A DNA stretch of 64,000 nt, taken from NCBI GenBank assembly GCA_964276515.1, contig OZ193909.1, positions 3,534,001 through 3,598,000 on the forward strand, written 5' to 3'. Under the pieces are notes generated by a model. The model made no database searches and was not told the origin of the DNA. It saw only the letters and a list, made by a program, of their open reading frames with translations. Position numbers and translations under genes: made by a program. Source of the stretch: Gordius albopunctatus (Eukaryota). Below, piece by piece: positions 50,607 to 61,517 of this stretch. Position 1 is the stretch's first letter, and each line of letters opens with the position of its first letter.

Positions 50607-51492
50607 CTAGATGAACCCGGCAAACGTTGTTTTGCCATTTACCCGGGTGTATTAAATTATGTTGTAATTTTAGGGATTGAAGTAAAAATCAAGTTTGATG
50701 TGTATATGTTCTACTTCTATTGTTCTATTTCCGTATAATAGATTAAGAATATATCAAATATAATTGGTAAGTGTTTATTAAAGAGGATCCAAGGCTTAGG
50801 CCCACCCAAGAGAGAAAACCTGGGCCAATGCGCCCCCCCCCCAAGGGAAAAATCTTTGGCATGCTGGCCCTTCAACAATTTTTTTTATTTTTTTGTAATT
50901 AAGAAACAATATCATAATAATAATTATTTGTTTCTGAATAAAACTTTTAATTCTGAACTTAATAATGTCCGAAGAACTGAGATATATCAACATTTATTGG
51001 CACTTTGTTAAAAGTATTTTCATTTTTATCCTTATTTAACGCGCAAAAAATGACAAAATTAGATTTTTGAATTTATTTAGCCACGCAGGAGGGGACACGA
51101 CCGTCCTATAATAATAATAATTGACGTGAAAAATAAGCAAAAAAATGACTTTGATTTAATGTTTCAAATCGTATAAAAGTTTCCATTTTCCGCAACAAGG
51201 TCTACATTTGTCACACTACACTATCTACACGCATGCACACACATAGTTTCATGTAGATACGCCGGCAGTAAGTCATGTGGTTGCGTTTGATTGACATTTT
51301 ATTAAACGTCACAACGTATAAAACAATATATCTCGAAAGCTACTGGACTAATTTGGCTCAAACAAATCTTAAAACATGCTCCGGGGTGTCAGTTATAAAC
51401 TGTGAAAATTTGAGCCAAATCGGTCTTGTAGTTATCCAAAATTGGTGGCGGCATATACACATAAACACATAGTTTCATTTTTATATATAGGA
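50607..51492 (-). mobile_element. Complete non-autonomous Helitron
   Basis: 5' TCctatatat at 51492, 3' ...aacgtttgccgggttcatCTAG at 50607, inserted between A and T with no TSD; empty site seen at ~34555-34575. Confidence 0.88.
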
Positions 51493-51689
51493 TATATTGA
51501 TTACACTTAGTGCCTTAAATGTCAATCATACAAATAAAAATATACAATAATTTCCTAAAATCTGACGATCAATAAAAAGTCGAGATCTTGCCGAAAAAGT
51601 CTCGTATCGTCTCGTCTCGATAGCGAAATTCTCTTTTCCGCATCGCTAGTACCTTAAGGTACAATTAAAAAATTCGCAGCTAACCTGAG

Positions 51690-51990
51690 CACGATTAGGA
51701 TACCGTGGTTGGGTATTGTTGATAAAGTCTAGACAACCACCTTCCGTCCTTCGTTACTTTAGCTATGTTCAACCATTTTATAACAATACCTACATACCTT
51801 TCTGCCTGCCCATTAGAGCTAGGTTGGTACGGTGGAGTTAAAATATGGTTAAATTTATATTTTAAACAAAATTGTTTAAATTCGTTGCTAACAAAAGCTT
51901 TACCATTATCCGTAACGATTCTTTGTGCAAACCAGTAATTCCCTATCAATTCCTTTAAAATTTTAATTGTTACTCTACTAGATATATTTA
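51690..51990 (-). pseudogene. Retroelement integrase fragment
   Basis: IVTDNGKAF...PPYQPSSNGQAER. Confidence 0.75.
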
Positions 51991-54900
51991 TAAATTTCGT
52001 TTAACCGGAAAATGCACCTACTATTAAGATGCACCGTTTTTATATCTAATTCGAAAAAATCTATGTTTATACGCTCCCACGGAAATTAAGGACGCGGCCA
52101 CCTAGATTTTTTATTTTTACGCGCTTTTTTTAATTACAAGGATTTATGAACTATTCTCTAACCCTTTTTCGTCATAAATAATAAAAAAAATCTAGGTAAG
52201 ATCAAAGTATACCGCGAACATTAAAACGTAGTATACACGTGTACCACAATTAATCGTAATTATTTTGAATATTTTATTAAATCTAAGAATTTGGAAAATA
52301 TGTTTAGTTAAAAAAATATAATAGCTTTTAGTAATAAGCTTACAACGGGACTAAGTTTTATTTTGGTAAGTTTATATTAATTTTAGTCTTTTCACTTCTG
52401 TTTGGATAATTGTATTATAAACTAGAGTCCCAGAGACTTAATTTTTTAATAAATCATGAATCACTAATATTTAATTCTAATAAAGAGCTTAATTATAGTC
52501 TCTTTAACATTTATACCTTCTCCCTAATAAAATATTTTGTACTTTCTTGGCTTATTTGTCTTAAATTAATCTCACCTATGAAAATTTTACTAGCTCAATT
52601 TAGAAACGATAAAGACTTATATGTCTAACACTTGTAAGCATTATTGTCACTGACAATATATCTAGGTAACCCAAAACGTGCAAAAATTGTCCTTAAATTT
52701 TGGATAATTTTTGTTGAGTTTATCTCGCCTAGCACCATTACTTCGGGCCATTTTGTAAAAGCATCAATGCAAACTAACCAATACTTCTTATTGATGGGTC
52801 CCGCTAAGTCTATGTGGACCCGTTCCCAAGGCTTGTTAGGGACGTTCCAAGCGTATAGGGGTACCTCTTTAATGTTTGGTCGTTCTTCTTGGCATGTTTA
52901 CAGGTATTAACGTATTTTTCTATGTCTACGTCAATATTATTCCAGTACACATAGTATCTCCCTAATGATTTCATAGCCACGATTCCCGGATGACCATCAT
53001 GTAGAATTTTAAGAATATCTGGCCTTAATTTTTCCAGAATTATAAGTCGATCTTTATAAAATAAAAGATTATTTTCGAAAGAAATGTAATTTCTTAATTG
53101 CAGGTATTTTCGTACGTTATCGTTATTTGAAGAGCCTTGCCATCTATTTTTAAATTGCTCTATAACTTCTTTTAGTGCGTTATCTTTTATTGTTTCCTCT
53201 ACAATATTTTTTGTATTCAAAGTCAAATCATCGATTAATTGTAATTTAATTCTTCGTATATTATAGTGATATGATAGTTTATTCGAATTTGAAAATACGC
53301 GATTCGATGACAGGAAATTTTATAACAACTAAGATTACATTTCGTTACAAAACACACTTGTTACATCATACATTTTTGTTACATAACACAATCGTTACAT
53401 ATATCATTATCTACCGAGAAAGTGCATCAACACACTGATTAGATTTCCCTGGGATGTATTTTATATCATAATCATATTGAAGTAATTTAATTGCCCATCT
53501 TAGTAACCTATTATTCGTTATTTTACTAAGATCCCGGGTTGTCCCAAAAATATTTATAAGAGGGTGGTGATCTGTCTGAATTGTAAATTTACGACTATAA
53601 ATATACTAATGGAATTTATTTATCGCATAAATTACTGCCGATGCCTCTCTGTCGATGACAGAGTCATTTTTCCCGGCGGAATTTAGGGAACGAGAGGCGT
53701 AGACAATAGGTTTTTCTTGGCCTGAGGAAAACTTATGCGCTACAACTGCTCCTAAACCTAAATCTGACGCGTCGATTTTGATAAGGTACTATAGTTTTTC
53801 TGTTTGAGATTGTATTTTTAACTTTTTCAACAGTTAATTTTTCTAAGTCGCCCCATACCCATTTTGTATTTATGGAAGTTAATTTGTATAAAGGAGCGCA
53901 ATTTATCTGAAGGTTGGGGATAAAAGTTTCTAAATAGTTTACCAACCCAAGGAAAGAACGAAGTTCCTTTTTGTTTTCGGGTGTTTTAAAACTTTTAATC
54001 TTTAGAATCTTATCCTCACTCGCTGTTATACCTTCACTATTAATTATATGTCCTAAGTATTTGACAGACTTTTTAAATAGTTGCATTTTTGTTTGAGATG
54101 TTGTTAACCCAACAGTTTGAAAGAGATTTAATACTGTTACTAATTTGTTTAAGTGATCCTTTTAGTTTTTACCGCTAATTATAACATCGTCCATAAAGAC
54201 GCTCACCCCGGGTATGTTATTAACCAAGTGTCTTAAAAACCTATGAAAGATAATCGGCGGTGTTGTGAGCCCAAACGGTAATCTCTTCTAACGAAAATAT
54301 CCTATATGCGTTGATATGTTTAAATATTTCCTTGATTTCTCATAAAGTTCAAGTTGTAAAAAGGCATCTTTGAGGTCAATGATAGAAAAAATTTTACCTC
54401 GGGCTATTCTTTCAGCCACGTCGCTGAAGGTTGGTAAAATATCCTGATCTTTAGCCAAGTGTTGATTCATGGTTAAACGAAAATCACCACATATACGCAC
54501 CTGCCCTGTTTTCTTCTTAACATTTACAGTTGGCGTAGGCCATTTAATTGGCGTTAAAGTAGGATTAATTTTTTCAATGATGTCTTCGTTAAGTAGCCGT
54601 TGGAGTTCATCTTCTAGCGCTTGTCGTAGTGGAAACGGTACTCTTCTCGCTGCAAACATTTTTGGCATCGCGTTATCATTGATTTCGAGTGTCACTTTGA
54701 AATCTTTTACTTTTCCTAATTTTTCGGAGAAGACGTGGAGAAATTGTTTAATAATTGCATGTACATTTGAAGGTATTTCAATAATAGAATTTAGGCAAAC
54801 CGACTTTGGTAAAGTTAAGTTAAATTTTTAGATAAATGGCATACCAAATATTGCTGAATCTTTACCTTTGATGACATAAATATCTAAGTACTTTGTCACA

Positions 54901-55782
54901 CCACCAACGTCCACCTTCACTTTGGTTTTACCAAGTGTTGCAATAGCCGTTCTACCATAGCCGTATATCTTCAGAGCTTGGTAAAGTTTAGGCTTCCCGA
55001 TTCGAGACCACGTTATTTCATCAATTACGCTACATGCCGCACAGGTGTCGAAGATCATTTCATAGGGCACATCGTTAATGCGTACGTTGATGTGGGCATT
55101 GGTGTGATGATCGGAGTCGTGGTTGATGGCTGATAATGTATTCGTCACCGTTCTACAATTTTTTTGCTATATGGTTTGGTTTCCCACAGCGATAACATTT
55201 ATGGAGTGGCTTTTTCCTAAATGTGCTAAATTTAGGAAAATGTACATCTTTATTGTTATAGTTATTAAACGACTGTTTAACCTTGTTTACTTCAACAGCC
55301 CCCGATGTTTCGTGTTCTACCGAATCTAACGCCAATGCTAGATTAACTGTTTCTTCGAAACTTATGTTACCTCTCGGATACTTAGCTCTTAACTCAATGT
55401 TAAGCATTGGTAAGTTACATCCTAGGACAAATATGTCCTTTAATAACTCGTCTAGATTATTGTCAAATTTACAGTTTTTCCAAAGAAATTTCAACCGAAT
55501 ACTAAATTCAATAATACTTTCGTTATTTCTACTTGCCTTATAAAATTGTTCTCTGTGGTGATAAATAGAAAACTTATTAGCGAATATACTCTTAAGGGCT
55601 TTAATTATCTCATCGTAATTAGTTTCGTCTACTAATTTTGGATATAAAAAGTATCTTATTTTTGTTAGATTGTTAAAACCTATGTAAGTGAGTAACAAAG
55701 TTTTTCGCCTTTCTCCTGTGATATCTCTCAACTTGAATAAGAGCTCAATATTAAATAAATCGTCATCAATCGAATTACTTGG

Positions 55783-56048
55783 TGTAACGAAGTGGCCGGG
55801 AGAGATAACTCTACATCAAGAAACAGATACTAAATCAAAAGACAGAGAGTGTTTTATTATGTGGATAAGGCTTTATATACACATAGCGAAAGACATATAT
55901 AAAAGTAGTAATCAATTAAGATATAATGTACGGTGTAAACTAAGGTATATTCAATTAGCTGAGCGTATATCCAATTATCTGTGACCGCGCTCAAGTATAG
56001 GAAAAACGCGTGTATTCAAATTGAAACCTTAAATGCCGCTACACTACA
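55783..56048 (-). mobile_element. Solo LTR of the 27379-31743 family
   Basis: Similar to LTR 27379-27652; TSD CTTGG at 55778-55782 and 56049-56053; interrupts gag. Confidence 0.92.
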
Positions 56049-56520
56049 CTTGGATTATACAGAATTGAATCCTTTAATTCCTTTGAGTAATCGCAAGAAA
56101 AATTCATCTCCGGTTTGATGTCCATCTGAAAATAATATGGATAATAAATTATTTAAATTGAACGAGGTAGGGAGCGTCTTCTACACGAGGTTGAGTTTAA
56201 GGTATGGTTACCTAGGCAATTTGAATAAAGCAACTCACATCGGTTACCTAGGAAAAAAACTTAACCTTTATTATTCAAGTATTCATACACCTTAATCATA
56301 AAAATGAATACATTCAAGTATTTGAATGTCTGACAATTCAACGTTATTATTCACACAAATAACCTCGCCAGATGTGTATATAAACGCGATTTTTGAAAAG
56401 TATTTATTCATTTGTTTTGCTTTCTATTATTTGGAAATAAAATAGTTGTTTGTTCTTCTACATTTCTTTGTTTAATAAATACTATATCTATTTTACTATA
56501 TAGGACTAAAGCAACAACAA

Positions 56521-57336
56521 ATGGTGACCCCGACTCCGAAAATGGAAACTAAACAAATGGATGAAGATTCAACTGGGGAAAATTCGATATACTTCAAGCT
56601 ACCCACATTTAACACCTTAAACCCAAGAATTTGGTTTATTCAAATTGAATCTCTCTTTAAAATACAAAAAATTAAAAGTGAATTTACCAAATTAGGTTAC
56701 CTAATTGAAAACCTTCCCCATGAGGTCACGACAGAAATACAAGACCTTTTAGAAAACATTCCAACCGAAGCTCCGTTTACTACCCTCAAAGAGGCTATAA
56801 TTACACGCACATCCCGGAGTGATACGCTGCACCTTCATGACCTTCTTACTAAAATAGAATTGGGTGATCGAACACCATCTCAGCTATTGCCTTATATGAA
56901 AAACTTATTAGGTAAACATACAATGGACGATACTATACTAAAACAACTCTGGATGGATAAACTACCAACCACAATGACCGGTATACTATCGATTTTTGCC
57001 CAAGACCAATCTCCCACAAAATTGGCAGAAACTGCAGATAAGATAGCTGCTACATACCACGTAAACCCAATAATTAATTCTCTAAATCCTAGTCTGAAGA
57101 AAGAGTTGGAGGAACTAAAAGAGCTCGTTAAAAACCTAAATATCACAGTTGACACACTAAAAAGGGATGTACAAAAATTACGATCACGATCTTTTTCAAG
57201 ACATCGATCCTATTCCCGTTACGCACGCACCACAAAGACAAACGAGTCTACTCTATGCTGGTATCACCATAAATTCCAAGACAAAGCCACTAAATGTATA
57301 GAACCTTGTAAATTTCAACAAAGAGAGTCAAACTAA
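56521..57336 (+). CDS. gag: CsRn1-like Gag
   Basis: KLPTF..NPRIWFIQIE, LGDRTPSQLL and C-terminal CWYH-x9-C-x3-C motif; ORF uninterrupted. Confidence 0.85.
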   Translation: MVTPTPKMETKQMDEDSTGENSIYFKLPTFNTLNPRIWFIQIESLFKIQKIKSEFTKLGYLIENLPHEVTTEIQDLLENIPTEAPFTTLKEAIITRTSRSDTLHLHDLLTKIELGDRTPSQLLPYMKNLLGKHTMDDTILKQLWMDKLPTTMTGILSIFAQDQSPTKLAETADKIAATYHVNPIINSLNPSLKKELEELKELVKNLNITVDTLKRDVQKLRSRSFSRHRSYSRYARTTKTNESTLCWYHHKFQDKATKCIEPCKFQQRESN

Positions 57337-57399
57337 TAGGCCAGCCAGCAAAAGCGACGCCTGGCAACGGCCTTAAAAAAACTATGTTTTGTTTATTTT

Positions 57400-58276
57400 A
57401 AATATACGATAATTCTTCTACTATGAATTTTTTAGTCGACACCGGCGCAGAAATTAGTGTAATACCGGTAACCAAACACGAAAGACTTAATTTGATCCAA
57501 TATACAGCTTCAAACTGCCAATGCTAGCATCATAAAAACTTTTGGCCAAAAATTGTTAACGTTAGACTTAGGCTTTAAAAGATCATATCAATGGATTTTT
57601 ACAATAGCCGACGTAAAGTTCCCAATATTAGGAGCTGATTTTTTAAATAATTTTAACTTTATTAATAATATTTCAAAAAAACAACACTAACAAATTGTCC
57701 GAATCACTTCCGTTGATATTACTAGGCATTAGAACGACAATCAAAGAAGATCTAGCCTGTTCTAGTGCTGAACTAGTATATGGGACTACCTTACGTCTTC
57801 CGGGCGACTTCATACAACATTCGTCACTCGACAGCAATGCTAGCGAGTTTGTACAACGCCTTAGACAACATTTCGACAACGTACGTTTTTCACCACCACG
57901 TCAGCCTAACACTAAACAACATATCCCTACCGATTTGTTTTCTACACCTTACATTTTTATCAGAACTGATAAAGTTCGAAAAAGCTTATCCCCACCATAT
58001 GAAGGCCCTTTCAAAGTTATTGATAGACAAACTAAATACTTTGTAGTAGACAGAAACGGGAAACATGATAACATTTCTATCGATCGGTTAAAACCAGCTT
58101 ATACTGAATCAGTCAACCATACTGAACCACTCTTAAAAGGCCCGCTCATTCAAACCAAACCTTCCACCTCTACGTCCACAACATCCTCAACTAACACTAC
58201 AACAAATCATACAACAACAAAATCAGGACGAAAAGTGCATTGGCCAGTTAAATTAGCTGAATACATATATTTTTAG
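57400..58276 (+). pseudogene. Protease fragment joined to integrase C-terminus (RT and RNase H deleted)
   Basis: FLVDTGAEISVIP and ILGADFL, followed directly by LPLILLGIRT...PPYEGPFKV...SIDRLKP. Confidence 0.85.
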
Positions 58277-58831
58277 CACTCCTTGCAAACTGGAGGGGGA
58301 ATTATATGGTTACCTAAGCAATTTGAATAAAGCAACTCACATCGGTTACCTAGGAAAAAAACTTAACCTTTATTATTCAAGTATTCATACACCTTAATCA
58401 TAAAAATGAATACATTCAAGTATTTGAATGTCTGACAATTCAACGTTATTATTCACACAAATAACCTCGCCAGATGTGTATATAAACGCGATTTTTGAAA
58501 AGTATTTATTCATTTGTTTTGCTTTCTATTATTTGGAAATAAAATAGTTGTTTGTTCTCCTACATTTCTTTGTTTAATAAATACTATATTTATTTTACTA
58601 TATAGGACTAAAGCAGCAACAAAGGTCAAGGGTTTCTAAATCCTCGTCGCCATTATAAAGTATCTGGTTTATTAAGTAACATATAAGAACCAAGTGACCA
58701 TTGTAATTACAATAACACGTTTAAATAGACATTCGATTTACAACCAATTAACAATCAATTAACAATGCGTTTCAATTCGAACGCTCGAGTTCATGCCAAT
58801 TAGGTAGATAGTATTTGCATACATAACAACA

Positions 58832-58945
58832 TCAAACTTTATTTTTACTTCAATAACCGCTTTATCATCATATATGCCCTAAAATTCCAACATAATTTAA
58901 TACACCTGGGTAAATGGCAAAACAACGTTTGCCGGGTTCATCTAG
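58832..58945 (+). mobile_element. 3' end of a Helitron of the 50607-51492 family
   Basis: ...aacaacgtttgccgggttcatCTAGt. Confidence 0.8.
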
Positions 58946-59099
58946 TTATTTATAACAAGTAATTATCTGAACAATGTAAATACAATAAAATAGGCTATTT
59001 TGTCGGAAGAACATAAAAGTTTTAAGATCCTACTTTAATTGCACACATATAACTTAAAATATAAAATTTTCTTTAAAGCACAATTTACACTTCCCCATT

Positions 59100-59575
59100 T
59101 TATTAGATTCATCCTTGGATACTGTGAAATGTTAGAGCCGCTCGCTCTTTTTTGTGCATAAACTCATTATAGGTCTAAATAATTTTATATTATATAAGCT
59201 ATACAAATAAGTAACAAATACTTAATTAATACTCAAATATCCTAAGGGCTACTAAAACTATGTTGTCTATTAAGATTATATTACAAATTTGAAATTTGCG
59301 CGAAGCGGATAATTAGGTGCGTAAGTAATGTACTATCAAAAGTTTAAAATAATATTAATTTGCATTTAATACCGTAAATTTAAATCCCATAAAATAAAAA
59401 TTCTTGAATAGCTAAATTATAAGACTTAATATATAAAAATTAATTCGAGATCTCGCCGATAAAATCTCGTCTCGAGGTCAAAATTCACTTCTCGATCTCG
59501 ACTCAATTTTTAAAAATCTCGTCTCGTCTTATTGAGACGAGACCGAGATTTTTCTCGGTTTTTCCGCATCAATAA
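59100..59575. mobile_element. (CTCGT)n hAT element end, inverted relative to 46467-46945
   Basis: Reverse complement of ~46467-46945, ending ttccgcatcaata. Confidence 0.8.
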
Positions 59576-59984
59576 ATATTTTTTCTTATTTAAGATAAAA
59601 TAAAAAGATGGCTTACGGGGCCCGGGAGCCCAAGATTTTTCCCTTGGGGGGGGGCCCATGGGGCCCGGTTTTTGCTGCCCCCCCCCCTAGCTACGCCGCT
59701 GATTGTATGTATACAATTTAAAATTTTTGTATAAAAGTTATATTTATCAAAGTGTTGGAAACCTCTCCTTATAGGAAATTTATCTTAAACCATTGCAGTA
59801 TTGAGAATTAATATTAAATCAACCTGCCTAATTGTACAGGAATATTAATATTAGTTACCACTTGAAAAAGACCGTTTTGGGGCAACGGGTAAAATCCCTT
59901 CCTGTCAAAAGTTTCACGATCGTGAAACTTTTTCGTGAAACTTTTTCGAAGCGACAAATTTCAAATTGAACAGATTTTTTTTCA

Positions 59985-61289
59985 GGCAACCCAGCCAAAC
60001 TTCACAAGATTATACTAAATTCTCAACTTCAAAAGAGTATAATAATTTTAATGTTTTTGCAACAAATTTACACTAACTTTTTTACTATTTTTTTAGAATT
60101 GCTTATTCTTTTTACAGAATTTTTAATAAGGCAATCCAGCCAAACTTCACAAGATTATACTAAATTCTCAACTTCAAAAGAGTATAATAATTTTAATGTT
60201 TTTGCAACAAATTTACACTAACTTTTTTACTATTTTTTTAGAATTGCTTATTCTTTTTACACAATTTTTAATAAGGCAACCCAGCCAAACTTCACAAGAT
60301 TATACTAAATTCTCAACTTCAAAAGAGTATAATAATTTTAATGTTTTTGCAACAAATTTACACTAACTTTTTTACTATTTTTTTAGAATTGCTTATTCTT
60401 TTTACACAATTTTTAATAAGGCAACCCAGCCAAACTTCACAAGATTATACTAAATTCTCAACTTCAAAAGAGTATAATAATTTTAATGTTTTTGCAACAA
60501 ATTTACACTAACTTTTTTACTATTTTTTTAGAATTGCTTATTCTTTTTACACAATTTTTAATAAGGCAATCCAGCCAAACTTCACAAGATTATACTAAAT
60601 TCTCAACTTCAAAAGAGTATAATAATTTTAATGTTTTTGCAACAAATTTACACTAACTTTTTTACTATTTTTTTAGAATTGCTTATTCTTTTTACACAAT
60701 TTTTAATAAGGCAACCCAGCCAAACTTCACAAGATTATACTAAATTCTCAACTTCAAAAGAGTATAATAATTTTAATGTTTTTGCAACAAATTTACACTA
60801 ACTTTTTTACTATTTTTTTAGAATTGCTTATTCTTTTTACACAATTTTTAATAAGGCAACCCAGCCAAACTTCACAAGATTATACTAAATTCTCAACTTC
60901 AAAAGAGTATAATAATTTTAATGTTTTTGCAACAAATTTACACTAACTTTTTTACTATTTTTTTAGAATTGCTTATTCTTTTTACACAATTTTTAATAAG
61001 GCAATCCAGCCAAACTTCACAAGATTATACTAAATTCTCAACTTCAAAAGAGTATAATAATTTTAATGTTTTTGCAACAAATTTACACTAACTTTTTTAC
61101 TATTTTTTTAGAATTGCTTATTCTTTTTACACAATTTTTAATAAGGCAACCCAGCCAAACTTCACAAGATTATACTAAATTCTCAACTTCAAAAGAGTAT
61201 AATAATTTTAATGTTTTTGCAACAAATTTACACTAACTTTTTTACTATTTTTTTAGAATTGCTTATTCTTTTTACAGAATTTTTAATAA
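59985..61289. repeat. Tandem array, 145-bp unit, 9 near-identical copies
   Basis: ggcaa(c/t)ccagcc starts at 59985, 60130, 60275, 60420, 60565, 60710, 60855, 61000 and 61145. Confidence 0.97.
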
Positions 61290-61517
61290 AATATATGCTT
61301 TAACATTCATTAAACTATTTATACTCAGATTTAAAAAAATATTTTTATTATGTCTTATTAATATTTAAATTTATTTATTATATTTTTAATTTGTTTTATG
61401 ATTACTATACATTTAAGATGCTTACTAGAAAGTATGATCTTCATAAAACATTTTGAATTCTTTTTACAGAATTTTATTGCACAAACCACAGCTCCTATTC
61501 CTACTGTTATATTTGAT

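Larger units (their letters stand above)
49680..51648. mobile_element. Right part of a (CTCGT)n hAT element hosting a solo LTR and a Helitron
   Basis: Colinear with ~33760-34758 once the two insertions are removed. Confidence 0.75.
56203..58621 (+). mobile_element. Internally deleted Gypsy element, CsRn1-like
   Basis: 317-bp LTRs 56203-56519 and 58305-58621, 4-bp TSD AAGG, PBS tggtgaccccgac (fits tRNA-Trp), PPT tggagggggaa. Confidence 0.93.
52620..58831 (-). mobile_element. Degenerate 3'-truncated Gypsy element related to the 27379-31743 element, with nested insertions
   Basis: PBS tggcgacgaggat at ~58640-58652, probable 5' LTR ~58654-58831, gag ~56120-55150, broken PR/RT/RH/IN down to ~52620. 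Confidence 0.85.
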
